From positions 32,001-96,000 of the forward strand of contig JANPLU010000107.1 in NCBI GenBank assembly GCA_031422435.1: a stretch of DNA of 64,000 nt, in the 5' to 3' direction. Numbering within the stretch: position 1 is the stretch's first letter; the number at the start of each line of letters is the position of its first letter. Under the pieces are notes generated by a model. It was given only the letters and a program-made list of their open reading frames with translations. It was not told the DNA's origin and searched no databases. Position numbers and translations under genes: made by a program. Source of the stretch: Acaryochloridaceae cyanobacterium VAR_48_metabat_390. GTDB taxonomy: Bacteria > Cyanobacteriota > Cyanobacteriia > Thermosynechococcales > Thermosynechococcaceae. Below are positions 59,228 to 64,000 of the stretch, one piece after another.

Positions 59228-59896
59228 CTATGTTTTTCGTTCAAACACGACAGAAAGGTTATTTGAAGGCATTTCAATAATGTTACTTAAGTGAAGGTTA
59301 TGCTGTGCCGCAACCGCTACAACATCTTCTAAGTGGCGAAGCCCCCAGGCTGGATTGCGCGATCGCAGGCTTGCGTCAAACGCTTCGTTACTAAGCGCGG
59401 TCGGCACATCCTTTTGTCTGTACGGCCCATACAGATACAGAATCCCCCCAATGGGCAACAGTGCTTCAGCGCCTTGCATTAAGCCCAAAGTGGCAGACCA
59501 AGGCGAAATGTGAATCATATTGATATTGGCGATCGCGGTGATAGATACGTCTTCTAGAGTGTGTGTGGCGGACTCTGGGTGCGCAGCGATCGCCGTCTTT
59601 GCCACACCGAGCCAATTGGGTTGGCTCATATCCAATCTGACGGGAGGTAGCAGCCGCTCGGCGGGGACATACTGTTGCCAAGCCGAAATACTTGCCAAAG
59701 CTGCGGTATCAGCATCACTGGGGAGCCAGTAACGGGGGAAAAGCTGCGGCGCAAGAAATACGGCATGTTCTCCGGTGCCGCTGGCAATTTCTAACACAAG
59801 CCCTTCTGGAGGTAGCACCTGTTGCAGCACCCGAAGAATCGGTTCACGGTTGCGCTGAGTGGCAGGAGCGAACTGTCTGGCATCAACTTGAGGCAT
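59228..59896 (-). CDS. DUF938-family SAM-dependent methyltransferase
   Basis: APATQRNREPI, LEIASGTGEH, NMIHISPW, YGPY, MPSNN. Confidence 0.9.
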   Translation of the reverse strand: MPQVDARQFAPATQRNREPILRVLQQVLPPEGLVLEIASGTGEHAVFLAPQLFPRYWLPSDADTAALASISAWQQYVPAERLLPPVRLDMSQPNWLGVAKTAIAAHPESATHTLEDVSITAIANINMIHISPWSATLGLMQGAEALLPIGGILYLYGPYRQKDVPTALSNEAFDASLRSRNPAWGLRHLEDVVAVAAQHNLHLSNIIEMPSNNLSVVFERKT

Positions 59897-59918
59897 TACT
59901 GATACTCATTTATGGCTC

Positions 59919-62900
59919 CTATTCATTATTGCTTTGAGCATTAAAATCTTTTTGATGTTCGACACTTACAGGGGCAGGGTTATAAGTCGTATTTACATGC
60001 CTGGTTCGTTCACGACCTAACGGCCAATTAAACAAATCATGAACAATTATATAAAAACAGGGGATGATAAACAGGGTTAGCATGGTTGCCAGCGATAGCC
60101 CGTAAAATACAACCACGCCCAGGGGCTGCAAAAATTCTCCCCCTTGACCCATACCCAGCGCCAACGGAAACAGCCCTAGTACCGTCGTAACCGTGGTCAT
60201 CAGAATGGGGCGTAGACGCTGGGGCGCAGCCTTCATAATGGCAATATAGCGGCTACAGCCTTCCTCTTCTCTGATTTCGTTTGCTAGCTCAATCATAATA
60301 ATGGCGTTGTTCACGACAATCCCCACCAGTAAAACCGCCCCCACAATCACCGTTGCCCCGATCGCCGTTTGGGTAATGTAAAGCCCAAACAGTCCCCCCG
60401 CCAAAGCCAGCGGAACGGTAAACATAATGACCAGTGGATCGATCAGGGAGTTATACTGCACCGCCATCACCACAAAGACCAGAAAAGCTGCCAAACCGCC
60501 CAGGATAGGGAGCGTTCCCTGAAGCTGACGATTGCTGTCTGCAGCAGCGCTGGGGAGCAAGCTAACGCCTTCGGGTAAATTTAAGCTGCTGACGATGTTA
60601 TTGACTTGAGTGAGTGCATTGCCTAAGTTTGCGCCTTCATTGAGGTTGCCTGCAATTAAAAACACCTGTCGCTGGTTAATTCGCTGAATTTGACCAGGGG
60701 CTTGGCCTGTACTGATAGTCGCCACTTCTCCTAATCGAACTTGGCGATTGCTTTGTACAAATAGGGGCAAACGCTCTAGCTGAGACGGTCGGGCAATGGA
60801 GGCTTCATCCAGTTCTACGCGCACATCCACCAGGCGATTTCCGCGCTGAAGCTGCGTCGCAACCGTACCTTGAATGGCAGTTTCTAAGGTTTCGCCAATG
60901 GTGCGCGTATTTAAGTTGAGTGCTGCAATGCGTTCGCGGTCTGGACGGATCTGGATTTCTGGCTGTCGAGCATCGGCATCGGGTCTAAAACTCGTCAAGG
61001 TTGCCCGTTCTTCTAGCGCCTGTAAAACGTCTCGCCCCGCTTCTTCTAAGACACCACTGTCAGCACCCTGAAGAATGACATCTACCTCAGCGCCGCGCAC
61101 AGGGGAATTATTTAAGATGAGTCCGCGTACCTGACCAGGGCTAATCCGTAGGCGAATATCGACGAGATTGAGCTTCAGAAATGCTTTTTTCATTCTTTCG
61201 GCAAATGCTTCGACATTAGTACCAGCCTTGAGCGTGATGGTACTAGAGCTACGCAGTGCGTTTTCGCTGGTGCTGTTGCCAAACAACGAGCCGCCAACGG
61301 TGGTAAAAACGTACTCCGTTTCAGGCTGATCCATAAGCAGCTTATTGGTGGCCTCCATCACCTTTCGGCTCGTTGCAAGGGGGGTGCCTGGTGGGAACTG
61401 GGCATTTAAGTTGGCCTGACCTGTACTAATACGCGGCAAAATTTCTTGAGGGATTTGACCCACCATTAAAAAGCTGCTGCCCCCCAAAAACAGTACGGCA
61501 ACGACTGCGGTTAGAACCCGAAAGCGTAGGACTTGTCTTAAGGTGCTGGCATAGCTTTGGGTTGCGGCCTCAAACCGTTCGTTAAAGGTTCGTAGAGGCC
61601 AAAACTGATCAATCCGGCTCGACCACTCTATGGTTAAAAGCCGTGATGACAGCATCGGCACAACCGTCACTGCAACAACCAAGGATGCGGCGACCGCAAA
61701 GCAAATGGTCAGAATGAGTTCGTTAAAAAGAAGAGAGATAAATCCGCCAATTAAGACAAAGGGCAGCACAGAAACAAGGTTTGCCGCTGTTGCTGCCACG
61801 AGCGACGACTCTACTTCTCGGCTACTGTCTTCAACCAGGGTAATTGCGTCTTTCACCACATCTTCACTATGGTCAGGGTTAGCAGCAATGGCTTTGTTGA
61901 GCGCAACTTTCTTCGTAATGTTTTCAAGAATCACGACTGAAGTATCTACGGCCTGCCCTACGCTGATCGCCAGCCCGCCCAAACTAAACACGTTGAGAGA
62001 AAAGCCGCACAGCTTCATGGCGATCGCCGCGGCCAAGGTACATAGTGGAATCGTTAGGGTAATAATTAACGTCTGACGGATGGACCCTAAGAATAAAAGC
62101 ACCGATAGCGCCGCCAGTGCCGCTCCCGACAGCGCCGCCTCAATCACACTATTGAGAGATTCTTGAATAAAAATAGATTCATCTAGCGTCGAAATCAGCG
62201 TCATATCTTGAGGCAATGTTCCAGCCTGACGCAGTTCTTCAACCCGTTTTTTGACCGCATTCACCACGGCAATCGTATTGGCATCCTGCTGCTTTTGCAC
62301 ACTCAGTTTGACCGCAGGCTGTCCATTGAGATCTACAAATACTCGCTGCTGCTGGGTTCCATCAATCACCTGTGCAAAGTCTCTGAGGTAGACCCGTCGG
62401 GCAGGCGCGAGAGCGCTGCTATTAGTAGATAAAGCGCTCCCGCTTGTTGATGGACTACCCGCTGCCGCAGATGAGCTGCTGCTATTTGCGACTTGAAAAG
62501 AGAGATTTTCGATTTCGGCAGCACTTTGAAAGCGACCGATCGCTCTTGTCAATGGCTCAGAATTTTGTCCGAGAATACGTCCACCAGAGACGTCCTGATT
62601 GGTCGCATCAAGTTCATCTAAAACCGCATTGAGTCCAACGCCCTGCGCCTGGATCCGATCTAAATCAACCAGTACCCGTACCTCTTCATCCACACCACCC
62701 GATACGTCTACGGCGGCAACGCCAGACACAACCCCTAGTTCACGAGCCAGTTCTTCTTCCGCAAACACGCGCAGCGCCGAAATTTGAAGTGAGGGTGAGG
62801 TGAGGGCAAACTCATAGACGGGCAGTTGGGAGGGGTCTACCTTAAACAGGCGAGGTTCTTCAATGGTGTCGGGGAGCTGCCCTCTAGCACGGTTAAAGGT

Positions 62901-63257
62901 TGCCGTGGCATCATTGAGGGCCTGGTCAATATTGCCTCCTGGCACAAAAAACAGATCTAGACTGACCTGTCCTTCCCGCGTTTGGGAGAATACCTGCACG
63001 ACCCCTTCTGTGGCAGAAAGCGCTTCTTCTAGGGGCTTTGTCACCTCATCGACTGCCACATCGGGGGAAATACCAGGTGCATTAACCCGTACCCCAATGC
63101 GCGGATAGGTGATAGACGGCAGCAAATCCACCTGAAGCGATGAGATAAAAAAGATCCCAATCACAATCACGCTCAATGTCAGCATGAGCGTCCCAATGTG
63201 GCGACGAATGGCAATAGAGCTGAAGCTGAAGCCTTTCGGTCTAGTGTTTTGCGTCAT
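59919..63257 (-). CDS. RND efflux transporter permease subunit (AcrB/AcrD/AcrF family)
   Basis: VDLLPSI, SLNVFSLGGL, GIVVNNAII, RLRPILMT; 12-TM layout. Confidence 0.95.
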   Translation of the reverse strand: MTQNTRPKGFSFSSIAIRRHIGTLMLTLSVIVIGIFFISSLQVDLLPSITYPRIGVRVNAPGISPDVAVDEVTKPLEEALSATEGVVQVFSQTREGQVSLDLFFVPGGNIDQALNDATATFNRARGQLPDTIEEPRLFKVDPSQLPVYEFALTSPSLQISALRVFAEEELARELGVVSGVAAVDVSGGVDEEVRVLVDLDRIQAQGVGLNAVLDELDATNQDVSGGRILGQNSEPLTRAIGRFQSAAEIENLSFQVANSSSSSAAAGSPSTSGSALSTNSSALAPARRVYLRDFAQVIDGTQQQRVFVDLNGQPAVKLSVQKQQDANTIAVVNAVKKRVEELRQAGTLPQDMTLISTLDESIFIQESLNSVIEAALSGAALAALSVLLFLGSIRQTLIITLTIPLCTLAAAIAMKLCGFSLNVFSLGGLAISVGQAVDTSVVILENITKKVALNKAIAANPDHSEDVVKDAITLVEDSSREVESSLVAATAANLVSVLPFVLIGGFISLLFNELILTICFAVAASLVVAVTVVPMLSSRLLTIEWSSRIDQFWPLRTFNERFEAATQSYASTLRQVLRFRVLTAVVAVLFLGGSSFLMVGQIPQEILPRISTGQANLNAQFPPGTPLATSRKVMEATNKLLMDQPETEYVFTTVGGSLFGNSTSENALRSSSTITLKAGTNVEAFAERMKKAFLKLNLVDIRLRISPGQVRGLILNNSPVRGAEVDVILQGADSGVLEEAGRDVLQALEERATLTSFRPDADARQPEIQIRPDRERIAALNLNTRTIGETLETAIQGTVATQLQRGNRLVDVRVELDEASIARPSQLERLPLFVQSNRQVRLGEVATISTGQAPGQIQRINQRQVFLIAGNLNEGANLGNALTQVNNIVSSLNLPEGVSLLPSAAADSNRQLQGTLPILGGLAAFLVFVVMAVQYNSLIDPLVIMFTVPLALAGGLFGLYITQTAIGATVIVGAVLLVGIVVNNAIIMIELANEIREEEGCSRYIAIMKAAPQRLRPILMTTVTTVLGLFPLALGMGQGGEFLQPLGVVVFYGLSLATMLTLFIIPCFYIIVHDLFNWPLGRERTRHVNTTYNPAPVSVEHQKDFNAQSNNE

Positions 63258-63280
63258 AAGTCACAGAGTGGGTGGGGGAA

Positions 63281-64000
63281 CTATCGCTTGGTGCGTTGTG
63301 CGGGGGTTGAAGGCTCTGACAAAATGCTGAGTTTAACTGCATCGCCATCTTTAAGAGGTTTACTGCTGCGGATGACAATGCGATCACCTTCACTTAACCC
63401 CGCCACCACTGTGACCAGTCCATCCTGACGCTGACCCAAGGTTACATTGCGGGCTGTAGCTTTGGCCTGCTGACCAGAACCCTGAATCACATAGAGGGTT
63501 CCGGCTTTGCGAGGCTGCTGTTCACCATTAGGAGCATTGCCGCCGCCCCGCCGCTCACCGCGCTTACGATTGGTCTGAAAGGCTGTTTCCGGCACTCGAA
63601 TAGCATTAGCGGCCTGCCCTCCAAAACTAACCCGTGCCAGCAGCCCACTCCCAATACGGGCACCGACATTCGGCATTGTGACCTCAATGGGCACCAGCCT
63701 TGCCGTCGCATCGGCAACGGGTGAAATTCGGCTTACCTGACCGCGAAAGGCTTCCCTTGAAAAGGCATCCAGCTTGACCCCAACGGGTTGCCCCACTCTA
63801 ATCTTGCTTAACTCCAGTTCTGAAACCTGAACCGATACTTTCACTTGGCTAAAGTCACCTAGCTTTAAAACCTCACTCCCCGCCTGTGCCAAATTTCCAG
63901 GCTCTGAGACGCGTTCTAAAACAACGCCCGTTACAGGAGCAGTAAGGGTTGTGTAAGATTGGCGCTCCCGTTCACGGGCACTGACGGCCTGCTGTGCCCC
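63281..64000 (-). CDS. RND efflux membrane fusion protein, 5' end beyond the window
   Basis: Frame open to the window edge (...LTAPVTGVVLERVSEPGNLAQAG...), GQVSRISPVAD, VTLG, GLSEGDRIV; directly upstream of the RND permease. Confidence 0.9.
   Translation of the reverse strand, partial: GAQQAVSARERERQSYTTLTAPVTGVVLERVSEPGNLAQAGSEVLKLGDFSQVKVSVQVSELELSKIRVGQPVGVKLDAFSREAFRGQVSRISPVADATARLVPIEVTMPNVGARIGSGLLARVSFGGQAANAIRVPETAFQTNRKRGERRGGGNAPNGEQQPRKAGTLYVIQGSGQQAKATARNVTLGQRQDGLVTVVAGLSEGDRIVIRSSKPLKDGDAVKLSILSEPSTPAQRTKR

Larger units (their letters stand above)
371..62030. repeat. HIP1 octamer GCGATCGC dispersed through the window
   Basis: Roughly 65-70 copies counted by eye (e.g. 371, 10324, 21160, 34771, 41821, 59529), against about one expected by chance in 64 kb. 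Confidence 0.95.

Noticed and set aside
371..62030. GCGATCGC over-representation as a novel signal
   Set aside because: This is the well-known cyanobacterial HIP1.
1..64000. CRISPR array, tRNA/rRNA genes, transposase, integrase or prophage genes
   Set aside because: I found no regularly spaced repeat-spacer units, no tRNA or rRNA signatures and no such protein motifs by eye.

Overview
A 64 kb stretch of cyanobacterial chromosome, identified by dense HIP1 (GCGATCGC) octamers and by ycf3, ndhO, rimO-crhR and sphR-sphS. I found no rRNA, tRNA, CRISPR array, phage or transposase genes. Housekeeping genes (rimO, crhR, rlmD, ycf3, gatC, mdh, ndhO, dnaX, an RND pump) are interspersed with many signalling genes. 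Two accessory loci stand out. (1) At about 34.1-46.5 kb, a stand-alone A-T-R NRPS-like reductase with a proline-like specificity code sits behind a highly structured leader (MITE-like element plus a perfect 24-bp hairpin). It is followed on the same strand by a dCache hybrid kinase with an amine-type pocket, a REC-GGDEF-EAL protein, a pseudo-receiver PAS kinase and a receiver-pseudokinase, making a candidate make-and-sense small-molecule/c-di-GMP system. (2) At 51.6-59.1 kb, a catalase-related haem domain is fused to two tandem HFARW domains. It precedes a DyP-type peroxidase whose 3' end overlaps a convergent HTH-NB-ARC-WD40 STAND gene, making a candidate uncharacterised hydroperoxide-processing system. 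All family calls come from motif recognition by eye; no searches were run.
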